A DNA stretch of 63,712 nt, filler included, from Octopus bimaculoides (GCF_001194135.2; 7 parts of 7 records of this genome joined end to end with filler, not necessarily neighbours in it), one strand, 5' to 3'; numbered from the whole stretch's first letter, positions 11,090 to 23,604 are shown. Translations and numbers: made by a program. The notes: generated from the letters alone by a model not told the origin.

Positions 11090-13074
11090 CTTCATCATCA
11101 TTCAGGAACAATATAAGCGCAAGGCTATAAAAACTTGATGGGAAGGGACACCTCGTGACTTCTCGATGCCTTATTTTTTCAGCCCTTGATGCTGGTGGAA
11201 TGAGTTCGAAGTGTGTCCGCTTTTTAATCGACGTTGGCTTAAATTAATGTTCTGAATTCAAAGACATGTAATCATTTGCAAATAAGCAAATAATCACTGT
11301 ATTTGTTATTTAAATAATAAGCAACATTTTACAGTGGTTGAGAAATATATTAAATAGAAATACCGCCATTGTATTACTAAACTATGTTTTAATGTTCAAA
11401 GAAAGCTAATAGGTAAAATCGATCTCACGTAGATCCGGATACTGAAGTAAGAGATGAAATTACATACAGTAATGCATTTAATCTTCGATTTACTGTATGT
11501 CTTTTCTACATACATCGATCTTTCCGTTCGCTAACGATACTCGAAGCATTTCAGGATAAACGATATTATCAGAAATGTTTTTCATAAAGGAAAATTTAAA
11601 AAAAAGACAGCTTAAAAATATCTACTGACAAAAACAAATACATTTACAGAACCTGACGTTTAATGACATTTTTCTAAGCGAAGCAAAGCTACAGCGATTA
11701 ACGATATTATGAAAATAAATTGTAAATTGACAAATCTGCAATATTTGACAGGATGTTTCGTTAATGAGATATTATTAATTGGATAGAGTGCAAGCTACAA
11801 CATATACATTTTCCCGTTTGTACTTATCTGTAATGTATGGCTTCTTCGATCCATTAACGTGACTGACTGCTACTGCCTGCTAAAGCATGTTAACTCTTTA
11901 GATAATTATGCGGCAGCTTTCTCTAATAGCACTTTACTTCTGGTCCATTAAATTAAATCAAAACTGACCACCTGTTGCGGAACAAATTGGAACATAATTC
12001 TTTTCCACGCAATCTAAGACTTATCCAAATGCACTAATGACATCTATGTTAGGAATGATCATATACAAACTGTTATGTTTGTATGTCATACACACATACA
12101 CACACATATGTAATATCATAATTATATATTCATATATTACAATCACATACGTATATATATATATATATACATATTTATACACACACATTCATTCCTACCC
12201 CTACACAAAGGGTATGCATACACACAGACATATAGACAGACAGATAGACTTACGCACACATACATATCAACAATCGCTTCACAATACGAATGAAAATATT
12301 TCTTTAGTATAAACCGATTAGCAAAGATAAAAGTGAAAACAATCAGATTTGGAGCAATAATCTAATGATACATAAGAGTAGAGAAATATTATAATAATAT
12401 ATATATGTACAGCTTGAGCGGAGAGACACTTGAAAATTGAGTCAAGCTACATATTGATATAAATATACATTATGTTCTAAATGTTCTCCAGATACGATCG
12501 TGTTTCTAGCAGTGGACGTTCATAGAAATATATGGATATATAAGGCATTCATGAGTAGGAATATCAAGAATGCATGGCGATTATAATGTTTATATACATC
12601 GCATTGTAAAAACTTGTGATTCACATAAATGATAAGAAATATCCCCCCCACCCCCCAAAAAAATAACACTTAGAATTATTAGATCGTGCAGGAAAAATAT
12701 ACTTCGAGTTAACAGCGAATATTTTTAAAATCTGACACACAACAAAATCATACGTTTAGGTTTAGAAATGTGTGTCCAAAAAGGCAAACTATAATTGTCA
12801 CAAAATATGACGACCGTTGGGCTTCTCACTGATCCTGTCTACTAAATTCACTTGCAAGGCGTTGGTCAACATGTGGCTATAGTAGTACTGAACCCGAAAC
12901 ATCGTGGTTGCGAAACCAGCTTCTTAACAGGAAGCCATACTAGACTTTGTACTTACAACCTTTTGCTTTCCCTAGCGCTCAACCATCTCAGTAGTAATAA
13001 GGATCAAGGTTACTTAACTCCGATGATCTGATCAGAACTGTTGCAAAGTAAATGATTAGTCTAATGCTCAATGA

Positions 13075-13170
13075 GAAATTAAGAAAGTGCGTCTGTAACG
13101 TTTCGAGCTTCGGCTCTTCATCGTGTTTGTAAATGTTGCTGACAACGCTGTCAGTCACGTGTTTAATCAT
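13075..13170 (-). mobile_element. Penelope-like terminal remnant with degenerate type-I hammerhead
   Basis: Reverse complement of 13081-13130: acaaac-ACGATGA-A-GAGC-cgaa-GCTC-GAAA-CGTT-aca-GACG-cactttc. Confidence 0.5.
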
Positions 13171-13420
13171 AAAGCAATGGCACCTGCTGTTATACCTCTC
13201 AAAGAAGAGCAGCAGATCGACTTTACCACTACCGCTTGATACTAGTGCTGATTCGTTTACGATCCCGTCATTTAGCGGTTCGACAAAACGATAAAATAAT
13301 TGCCAGGTTTAAAAGACCAGTACAACTAAGACCCTTCGTTTGATTAAAACCCTACATGGTGATGCTCCAGTATGGCCGTGTGTCTTTATGTGCATATTTG
13401 CGTGTGTGTTTGTGTGTGTG

Positions 13421-13469
<49 letters not shown>

Positions 13470-13569
13470 NNNNNNNNNNNNNNNNNNNNNNNNNNNNNNN
13501 NNNNNNNNNNNNNTTAATTAATTAANNNNNNNNNNNNNNNNNNNNNNNNNNNNNNNNNNNNNNNNNNNN
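13470..13569. other. Artificial scaffold spacer N44-TTAATTAATTAA-N44 (linkers also at 25168, 48856, 50841, 57843, 61605)
   Basis: Identical 12-mer with stops in all six frames, between N runs, six times; 44 Ns per side where counted. Confidence 0.95.
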
Positions 13570-13655
13570 CTATCTCATATATTTTATTTGGAGGCCTGAT
13601 CTTATGTCCCTTCCCCTCCTTCTGGAAGTATATTTTCCTGCGCTTTTCCACTTTG

Positions 13656-13714
<59 letters not shown>

Positions 13715-14375
13715 TGCACAGACATAAATATACACAAGAAGAGAGAGAAAGAGACAGTGAGACTGACCTCAGTACTTTAGTTATATATTCCCATACCAGT
13801 CTGTCCAGTAGAATATAAGATCTTCCATGAGAAGAGATTTCTGGTCCCTCACTGACCCCTTTACTATTTGTAGAAAGAAAAGTCATGAGTGATTTCCCTC
13901 TCAGAACAACATAGTTGATTTAGAGATAAATAAAAAGTATTTAGCCTTTAGTGTGTTTATGGAATCAAGGACGGATTAAAGACAAAGTTGGCTTTGGTAA
14001 TATTTAAGCTGAAAACAGACAACCAGGTCAAATGTTGCTTGGCAATCTCTCTGATATCCTAATATTTGTTCATTCATTGTTTTTCTGAGGTAAGACTAGA
14101 GGAAATTGAGGTAGGATCTGTAAAGGTTGGGTGCTTTATCTGTCACCAACTTTTGCCTGTTTTCCAAGTACTGAAGTGCTCAGCAATGCAAAGCTAGTAA
14201 ACAATTCATTGAAAAGAAATGTCATCAAACATCATTGTTCACCTTGGCAGTATTTTGGTTTTGAAAGCATTCAAATAGATGCACACTCACACACACATGT
14301 ACAAACATACACACATATACCTATATACACATGCATGTATATACATATGTATGCATCTGTGTCTATGTATATTTA

Positions 14376-14745
14376 GACATGGCTTTGTGGTAAGAAGCTC
14401 GCTCTCCAATCACATGGTTCCAGGTTCAGTCCCATTGTGTGGTTCCTTGGGCAAGTGTCTTCTCTATAACTTCAGGTTGACCAAAGTCTTGTGAGTGGAT
14501 TTGGTAGACGGAACCTGAAAGAAGCCCATCGTATATCTATGGGTGCGTGTATGTGGGGGGTCACTGCCACTTGACAACTGGTGTTGGTGTGTTTACGTCC
14601 TTGTTCAGCAAAAGAGATCAACAGAATAAATTACCAAGCTTGAAAAAAAAAACAGTACTGGGGCTGATTCTTTCACCTTAAAATTCTTCAAGGCAGTACG
14701 CAGCATGGCTGCTGTCTAATGTCTGAAACAAGTAAAAGATAAAAG
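14376..14745 (+). mobile_element. SINE family A, near full length
   Basis: A-box-like tggctttgtggtaag, B-box-like ggttcagtccc, ttgggcaagtgtct body, internal TG tract, tail cagcatggctgc..gaaacaagtaaaag. Confidence 0.85.
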
Positions 14746-14774
14746 ATATACACACATATATATACATATATGTG

Positions 14775-14822
<48 letters not shown>

Positions 14823-15049
14823 CTTTGGTTGGTGTCTGAGGATACAGTAAGCCTACAGGAAATGAGGGACTCCTAGTTTTTGTTAAGCCATCTCTCTAGG
14901 GAAAGGCTAAATTATATATAAAACCAACTACTCTCAACTTGAAACCTTTGCACAGGTATTTCTGACACTACTTATCAGCAATAGTTTTACTCATTTAATG
15001 AGTAGACAGTCATCATATATGTATGTGTGTGTGTGTGTGTGTGTATGTA

Positions 15050-15290
15050 CTCAAGGAGACCCATCCTCCACAGTAGAAGTGTTAAGGCCTGATGAAAAAG
15101 TTTGGCCTGCAAGTGTTCTGTCCTGGTGATACATTAAAAGTACCCAGCATACACTGTAAAGTGGTTGGCATTAGGAAGGGCTTCCCATTGTAGAAACCAA
15201 ATCAGACTGGAACCTGGAACAGCTTTCTGGCTTGCCACCTCTGGTCAAGCTGTCCAACCCATGCCAGCATGGAAAATAGATGTTGTAGGA
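15050..15290 (+). mobile_element. SINE-like family E (tail aacccatgccagcatggaaaa..(gat)n)
   Basis: gtggttggcattaggaagggc..tagaaacc...gtccaacccatgccagcatggaaaa; related pieces at 60955-61050 and 61170-61285. Confidence 0.6.
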
Positions 15291-16877
15291 GGATGAGGAT
15301 GGTGGTGGTGGTGGTGGTGGTGGTGGTTTTGGTGGTGGTGGTGATGATGATGATGATGCTGATGATGATGATGATGATGATGTGAGCATTCATGTACATA
15401 TATGTGCAATGGGTTTCTCTCAGTTTTGGTCAACCAGATTGCTTCATAAGGCATTGACCAATCCCAGAGTTATATATATAACCTTTCACTTGCACATGCT
15501 AACAAACGATGGGACTGAACCGAAAGCCATGTGGTTGAGAAACAAATTACCTCACCACACATGTAGCCATACCTGTGATTATGCTCTGCAAAACATTCTG
15601 ACTCTCTAACGACTTTGAGAATCCACTGAATTTAATTATTTCTTCATTTATTGACATTGGAAGGATGAAAGGCAAAGTTAACCTTGGTGCTGTTTGAATT
15701 CCAAATGCAAAGAGCTGGAACAATTACCAAAAGGCATTTCATTAACGCTTTAATGATTCTATTCATCAGTCACCTTTAAATATTCCTGTGAAACATTCTA
15801 AATTTCTAAATGCATTTTAAAATATTACTGAGCATTTGTCATTAATCATTGAATTATTATATTTATTAATTAGTCACTAATTGTTATCAAACAGAGTGTC
15901 AACTATCTGTTTATTAATTTAGTCTTTCATTAATTTCAGTAAATTGGGCCTCAGTCATGCTGAAGCATTGACTTCAAAGGTTTTTAGTCAAACATGTTCA
16001 GTCCTAATTCCTCCACCACCCAACACTACTCAATTTAATATTAATTTCCTTCAGCTTTGTTTGTTAAAACATTTAAACTACAAGACATGCCAACTTAAGG
16101 CCAACAACACCTGTGTAAACAAACACGTGCATATACATGCACATATGCACAGAAAAGGAAATACCTTTTGTTGGATAAACAGTTTTAATATAACAATGTA
16201 TACATATGCACAGGCATGTCTGTGTGTTTAAGGATTTGACTTCCCAACTGTATGACTTTCGCCCATAAATACATATACATACATCTTTTTTGTGCATGAG
16301 AGAGTGAGAGGGGGAGGGAGAGGGAGGGAGAGGCTGTATTTCCTCATGACATATAGAAAAATGGATGCCTTTAAATGCAATTTTTCTGGTTGCAGCTTAT
16401 TTTAATACAATATTTATGTGTACATTTTCATAAATGTTTGTCTGAGTAGAATTCTATGCTTGTATGATGAAAGTGATACATTAGAAGCAAATCAAAATAT
16501 CGTCCAAAAATGACCTCAAAATTGTGTGACCCAACCTAGTTGCCGCAGTTATTTTGGCTGTAAAAAAGAGTTGTTGAGTCAAAAACATAGTCTCTTTGGC
16601 AGATAGAAAATAAGCAGCTTTTTTTATTATAATACACATGTAACTAATTTGGAGAAACATCACTTTCCTTATTCACACATCATCACTCTCATAATGCAAC
16701 ACTTTGTAATTTTGGTTCAAATTGAAAGTGTGAAACTATTTTCATTTTCTAATGAAACCTTTTCGTTGTAGAGAAGTGTATTTGAAATAACTATAGCTGG
16801 TTATTGAGATAACATAGAAAATATGTAAATGAAAATAAAGTATATTTGACATGTATAATTGATTTGATTGTTCTGGA

Positions 16878-17085
16878 AGGCGGTGAGCTGGCAGAATCAT
16901 TAGCATGCCAGGCAAAATGCTTGAGCAGTATTTCATCTGTCTTTACATTCTGAGCTCAAATACTGCTGGGGTCAACTTTGCCTTTTATCCTTTTGGGGTC
17001 AATAAATTAAGTACCAGTGAGACACTGGGGTCGATGTAAACGACTGGTCTCCTCCACCAAAATTTCAGATCCATGTACTTATAGC
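16878..17085 (+). mobile_element. SINE family B
   Basis: aggcggtgagctggcagaatcattagc...ggggtcaataaattaagtaccag...ggggtcgatgta. Confidence 0.85.
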
Positions 17086-17164
17086 AGAAAAGATTTGATT
17101 GTTCTCAACAACAGTTGGTAAGAATAGAAGTCATTTGATGACACCATTTTGTTTGTAACTGGCT

Positions 17165-17385
17165 AACCTGTTGCAGGTTCAATCTGAGGAATAATACCCA
17201 TCTTGTCTACTCCACAGAATAAGAGTATATTGGAGAGCATCACAAGAGGAATGAGTTTGTGAAACACGAATGAGACTATCATGATTTTCAATGGGTTCAC
17301 TAACCATAAGGATGGCTACTTCATGAAGTAATGTGGGCTCATTAAACAGCATAAAATGTTCTTTACTATAGTTTACTATAGACAT
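17165..17385 (-). mobile_element. Helitron RepHel (Rep region) fragment
   Basis: EHFMLFNEPTLLHEVAILMV...LIRVSQTHSSCDALQYTLILWSRQDGY, then after a frameshift IPQIEPATG. Matches the Helitron Rep motif RFNAPTxxEVA..LQRISETHRSYDALQYPLxFxxGxDGY. Confidence 0.85.
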
Positions 17386-18892
17386 AACGAACGCAGAAAC
17401 ACACACACACACATAGAATTGATAATATTGTAAACAGCAAAATGTACGTACACAAAGTTCAAATGAAACGAAATGTAGCCAATATAGGTGCAAAACATAT
17501 TTTCTGTAGCATAGTTATGCTACAAAAAAATGAAAAGTCACCAATTTAGCAAAAGTTAGTATGCGTCACCAATGTCAGAAAGTACAGAATGTCAAAATTT
17601 ATTTGGAACATGTACTAAGTGTTATAAAATTCCTGATTGAATGAATGTCATGGTGAAGAAAGTGAAAGTCCAAGAAAATTCAATTGATTTTAAAATTTTG
17701 AAATAAATGCTGAACCAAGTGTATAGAAAGGAAGATGCTGTTGTTGTGAACGTTAATTTAAAATATTTGCTGAAGGATGTATGTAGCAAGATATAAAATA
17801 ATTTGACATTACTGTATATTTTTGAACTGTGTAACGTTATAGGCTGGGATACAAACAGTGATGAAGAATACAAGGACTGTTAAAAGAAACATTATCTTGA
17901 AACTGGTTAGAAGGAGTGGAATAACATTTCTGTAATTATATTGAAAGAGCCGCTGAGGCTTTCTACTTCATCAAATTTCCGAATTTGTTATAATAACCAG
18001 AATAATATCTTTTTCAGATATATTTGCGAGTATTGTGAGTGGTGTTAAATCAGTCAAATCTTCATGTTGGTAGTACTTGAAGGTGAACATTGCTAAGTCC
18101 AGGCCATAGGTAAACTTTCAATATTGGCGCGTTTCACCGTTTGAGGGTGGGGAAGTTACACACATAAACTAAGAGACACACACATACATTAATGCACACC
18201 CGAAGCCTGTCTCTGTCCCTGTGTGTGTCTGTCTCTGTCTTTAGACGTGTGTGTGTATGTGTTTGGGTCAGTCGTCACAAAAATGTATGCATAGTGACAG
18301 ACACATACACTGTCACACACATATACTTGTCAGTCATCGACCTAATGCAGGTAACAAATCTGTGAACACACTCATATAGAAAATGTGACGTCATCATTGT
18401 TGTGGTGGTGATATAAATGTCATTTATGATAGGTGACTAAAAGAAAAATGATAATGTTAAATTTTTATAATGCAAATATGTGAATGAAAATATAGTTTAG
18501 TTGGTAGCCAAAAGTTTACTGAATTTTTTGATACCTCTTACGTGAAAATCGGCATCTTGGTTCTGGAATGCATAAGGAACATATGCATGCACACACACAC
18601 ACATACAAACTCTCTTTTATAGTTATAGATTACATATATATATGGGGGCACCAAAATCTTTTAAGTGCACAGGACCTCAATGGGTTTTAATCCAGCCATG
18701 TCTATATCAAATGCTTGCAACAAAATGGACTCTGCTAAAATGTTCCCAAAATGCCAGGTGATGATATTAAACAAGTTAATGATATTAAACAAGTCAAGTA
18801 GGGCATGGTGGGATTTGAAGTCAGAACACAATGAGGTGGAACAAATATTGCAAGGCATTTTTGTTTTTACAGTTTTGTGAATAGATACTAAA

Positions 18893-19260
18893 GGCATGGT
18901 TGTGTGGTTGGAAACTTCTTTCCTAACCATATGATTTCAGGTTCATTCCTATTGTGCAGCCACTTCAGCAAGTGTCATTTGCTATAGTCTTAGGCAAACT
19001 TTTGAATCAGTTTGGTAGATGGAAACTAAAAGAAGCCCATTGTGTGTGTGCCTTTATGTTTGTGTTTGTTACCTGCTATTGCTCAACAACCAGTGTTAGT
19101 TTTTTTATGTCCCCATAATATATCAATTCATCATAAAGAGATCAATGAAATAAGTACAAATTTTAAAATAAGTGCTGAGGGCAAATTGTTTGACTAAAAT
19201 TTTTTGAAAGCGATGCTCCAGCATGACCACAATTCAAAAGCAGAAACAAATAAAAGTAAA
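18893..19260 (+). mobile_element. SINE family A, older copy
   Basis: ggcatggttgtgtggtt..aaccatatg..ggttcattcc...gctccagcatgaccac..gaaacaaataaaag. Confidence 0.75.
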
Positions 19261-20099
19261 CTGATAACCCTGAAATGATAAAAGGAACACTTGACCTCAG
19301 CTGGATTTGAACTCAAAATGCAGACAACCAGAACAAATTCTGTGAGATCTTCTATCCAACATTCTAATGATCACACCATTACACTACCGTTCTTGTGGCT
19401 TGTTTTGCCTTTTTAAAGTTATTCCTTTTCTCTTTACTTCAGCTTTTGCTTCTATTTCACCTTGTGTTTCTTGTTGTCATTTGGCAGCTTTTCTTCTCTC
19501 CAATTCACATCAAACATTCACTTCTAATAATAATAATCTTCTTTTTACTGCAATTTAATGTCAAGCAGTTCCTGTGTAACTGACAATTTCTTCATCTGTT
19601 TCACTAGCAATTACCTGCAATTACTCTTATAATTTCAATCTATTAATGTCCATTCTTCTTACATTACTTCATTATTTCTTCTCTAGGCCAGTAAATTCGC
19701 AGAATTGTAAGAGAGTCAGAAATAATTCCTTGCTTTATTTCTGTTTTGCTTTTCTACATTCTGAGTTCAAATCCCACTGAGGTCACCACTTTTATTCCTC
19801 TAGGATTGATAAAATAAAGTATCAGTCAAGTGTTGGGATTGATTTAAGTATCTAAACCATCTACCCCCACAATGGATTTAAGACCATTCGTTTAAATGTG
19901 TGTGTGTGTGTGTGAGACAGGGTAAATGGGTGGTCAGGTGTTTGGATGGATGAATGGATTTCTTCTGTTATTAATTATTTACATTCTTCCTCTGAGGAAA
20001 GAGTTGGTTTCTAACAAACACACAAAGCTCCATCGTTGAATGTAGATAACAAAAACAATGTCATATTTTAAACTTGTGAAATGTATGTTTGTATGTAAT

Positions 20100-20460
20100 T
20101 ATTCAGTTTTATCTCAAGGTTTCTGGCCAATAAAGAAAGAACCGGTTTCTAACCTAGATATAAGTCTCCTTCACTGGAATTTCAACAACATCAACAGGAT
20201 ATTTTTGTGTGTATGTATATGTGCAGGTTTGTATGTTTTGTTTTATGTATGTCTTCTCATGCATATCGTTGCATATCTAGACAGGCTCATATATACTTAA
20301 ATGATAAACCTCTGGAAAATTTTACATTTTCCAGTTTGAGTGATGGCTTGGATCTGTAGCCTTCAAATCAGCTTTCTCCTTTCTGATTTTGAGAAGCCTA
20401 ATTTCTCAAGATTAGTATTTAGGCAGTGTGTTACATATCCCAGTTCTCCAATGTATGTAT
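20100..20460 (-). mobile_element. 3' end of RLE LINE family 2 (copy 1 of stack)
   Basis: ELGYVTHCLNTNLEKLGFSKSERRKLI*RLQIQ; nucleotide-similar to 43220-43340. Confidence 0.75.
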
Positions 20461-20469
20461 GTATGTTTC

Positions 20470-20835
20470 TTCTATTTTTTAATTATTATAAATCTTCCAC
20501 TGAGTGGGGAGCCAGTTTCCAACAAAGATACAAGGCTCCATCTTTGGACAAATTCACATTTGGAACATGAAAAAAGTCTTGCATATTTTTACTGTTCCAC
20601 TCACAGATTGGACTTGTAATGTACGAATCAGCCAGTCGATTTCTCTTTCTGAAAATCCCAGTTTATCCAGATTCTCCTTTAAACATTTACTAACAAAACT
20701 TAGTGCTCCAATTGTTATTGGTATGAATATGAATTCATAGTTTGGATATAGAAGCTGGAGGTTTCGAAGCAGTTGTCCATAGATATCCTCTTTTTATTTG
20801 ATTTTCAAAGAGATATTCATGTCTGCAGGTCAGCT
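20470..20835 (-). mobile_element. 3' end of RLE LINE family 2 (copy 2 of stack)
   Basis: PADMNISLKIK*KEDIYGQLLRNLQLLYPNYEFIFIPITIGALSFVSKCLKENLDKLGFSE..LIRTLQVQSVSGTVKICKTF. Confidence 0.85.
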
Positions 20836-20859
20836 GTATGCAATGCATACATGCGGGCA

Positions 20860-21265
20860 GGTTCATTCATTCTTCTCTTTCTATTTTCAGTTTAGAGTAA
20901 ATTTTGACCAGCCACCTACTACTTGGTAGGAAGTTTGTGAAAGAAAGCATCTTACTTTGTTCATCTTAAGAAGGTTTTTGCAGGTTTTTATAATCAAGGA
21001 TACTGTTATTATTTGTAGCGTATGAATTAAAGACTTCCATTCTCTCTCCAAGAACCCAAGTTCAGCCACATTTCACTCCAGATGAGGTGGTACATATCTT
21101 GTTGCTCCAATAACAATAGGTGTGAAGCTGTCAGTGTATCTTGGGTACTGGATTTGTAAACTCCTTTTCAATGGTCCATAGATGTCCTCTTTCTCTTGTA
21201 TTTTTATAACCACATTGGTGTCCTTGGAGCAACTGATTTCTACAACAGAACATATCTTTCCCTTG
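20860..21265 (-). mobile_element. 3' end of RLE LINE family 2 (copy 3 of stack)
   Basis: ICSVVEISCSKDTNVVIKIQEKEDIYGPLKRSLQIQYP..PIVIGA..VAELGFLE..LIHTLQII..IKTCK. Confidence 0.8.
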
Positions 21266-22044
21266 TGTATGTATGTGTGTATGTATGTATGTGTATATGT
21301 ATGTATGTGTATATGTATGTATGTTTGTATGTATGTGTAAATGTGTGTTTGTATGTATGTTATTTATACACATTAATTATATATATATTTATATACTCAA
21401 AAAATAAGGAGTGGAACAGGTAGAATACAAGCTACAATTATTTCATAACTAGTTGAAGTTTGTTGCATAAGTAGTAATGAATAGAACGTAGCTTAGCTAA
21501 TCTTCAGATCATAGTTACCTGAAAGAAGTTTACATTGTTGCAGGAAATAAACAAATTAACAATGTTAATGGATACATTTTATGGCATATTGTCCAATTTT
21601 TATCCTATTTACTAGCCACCTAATTGCTTGAAGCTTACTGACTTCCTGCACTTGGATCCCCAGATTGTATCTACCTACTGATTTATTTGTATACTTTGTA
21701 GACTGTACACACAGGTGCAGTCATGGCTGTGTGGTTCAAAAGATTCCATTACAACCACATGGTTTGGGATTCAGTTCTGCCGTTTGACATTTTGGGCAAA
21801 TGTGTTCTACTATATCCATAAGCCATCCAAAATGTTCCGAGTGGATTCAACTGGAACTTATTTTATTGACCCTGAAAGGATTAAAAACTAAAGTTGATCT
21901 TAATGGAATTTGAACTCTGAACATAAAGATCAACGAAATGCTTAACAGCATTTCGCCCTGTGTGCTATTGATTCTGCCAGCTCACCACTCTACAAAGTGG
22001 TTCTTTAATATGACAAGGATGAAGATGACAACCACAACAACAAG

Positions 22045-22257
22045 CTTTTATCTCTTTCACTTACTGAACCAAGCCCATGCTGGAGAATTGTTTTGAAGGG
22101 CTTGATTAAACAAATCGACCCCTGTACTTATTTTCAAAACCTGGTGCTTATTCTATTAGTCTCTTTTGCCAAACTGCTAAGTTACAGGTACAAAGCAACA
22201 CCAATTGTCAAGCAGCAGTGGGTAACAAATAGAAACACAAAACTCACAAACACATAG

Positions 22258-22260
<3 letters not shown>
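22045..22260 (-). mobile_element. SINE family A 3' half
   Basis: Reverse complement of the family tail (cttttgccaaactgctaagttac..caccaattgtcaagc). Confidence 0.7.
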
Positions 22261-22310
<50 letters not shown>

Positions 22311-22423
22311 TGAGAAAGTTGGTATGTGAAAGCACGTGGTTGGATGTATAAAAGATAAACAAGAGTGAAAAAACTACAGAAGGCTTGTGCTATATGGTTA
22401 AAGTGTATATATATATAAATGTA

Positions 22424-22845
22424 GGCATAGCTGTGTGGTAAGACGATTGCTTCCCAACCACATGGTTCTGGGTTCAGTCCCTCAGTCCCACTGCATGGCA
22501 CCTTGGGGAAGTGTCTTCTACTATAGACTCAGGCCGACCAAAGCCTTGTGAGTGGATTTGGCTGACAGAAACTGGAAGAAGCTCGCCGTATATATGTGTG
22601 TGTGTTTGTGTATTTGTGGGTGGATGGGTGTGTGGGTGTGTTTGTCCCCCTGACATCACTTGACAACTGATGCTGGTGTGTTTATGTCCCTGTAACTTAA
22701 CGCTTTGGCAAGAAGAGACTGATAGAATAAATACGAGGCTTACAAATGAATAAGTCCTGCAATCAGTTTCTTCAACTAACACCCTTTACGGTTGTGCTCC
22801 AGCATAGCCACAGTCAAATGACTAACAAGTAAAAGAATAAAAGTA
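22424..22845 (+). mobile_element. SINE family A, full length
   Basis: ggcatagctgtgtggtaag..gggttcagtccc..gcaccttggggaagtgtcttc..(TG)n..gctccagcatagccacagtcaaatgac. Confidence 0.9.
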
Positions 22846-22914
22846 AAGGAATATATATATATGTATATATGTATGTGCATGTGTGTGTTTGTGTGTACAC
22901 ATGTATGTATGCAT

Positions 22915-23060
22915 ATGGCAGGCTTCTTTCAGTTTGTGTCTACCAAATCCACTCACAAGGCTTTGCTAGAAGACACTAGGTCAAGGTGCCGCACAGTGGA
23001 ACTGAATTCAAGACCATGCAGTTGGGAAGCAAACTTCTCAACCACACAGCCATGTTTGCA
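22915..23060 (-). mobile_element. SINE family A 5' half
   Basis: ggcttctttcagtt..ctaccaaatccactcacaaggct..gttgggaagcaaacttc..ccacacagcc. Confidence 0.75.
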
Positions 23061-23344
23061 CCTACTGCATACCCATGTCTGTTATACTATGTATTATAGA
23101 CAAGATATACCACACTACAGTTATACTTCATATTATGTTATACACACCATTTTATGGAGGATACGACTCCACATGGTGACTTATGTGGATTTGAACTCAG
23201 AACACTGAAAGCCAGAACAAATACCACAAAGCGTTCAATACACCACTCTAAGGACTTGACCAAATGGCTGTTTAATCCTTAATGAAAGAAAATAAATCAT
23301 CACAAATGAGTGACAACAGTTAAAATATTTCTTCTAATTAAGAG

Positions 23345-23540
23345 AGCAAGCTGACAGAATCGTTAGCACACCAGTCAAAATGCTTAACAGCATTTCACCT
23401 GTCTTTGTGTTCAGAGTTCAAATTCTGTTGAGGTCAACTTTACCTTTCATCCTTTCAGGGTCAATAAAATAAGTACCAGTTAAGCACTGGTACTTATGCC
23501 AAAATTGCTGGACTTGTGCCAAAATTTGAAACCAATGTTT
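23345..23540 (+). mobile_element. SINE family B
   Basis: gctgacagaatcgttagcac..gagttcaaattctg..ggggtcaataaaataagtaccag..ggacttgtgccaaaatttgaaacc. Confidence 0.8.
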
Positions 23541-23604
23541 CTATTGGTTAAAATGTCTGTTATATATATAGGGAGGAGGTAGCTTTTTGGTGGGCAGAGG
23601 AACC

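Noticed and set aside
16481-16663. FLDDILI resembling the LTR-retrotransposon RT motif YLDDILI
   Set aside because: No other RT motifs in neighbouring frames; likely chance.
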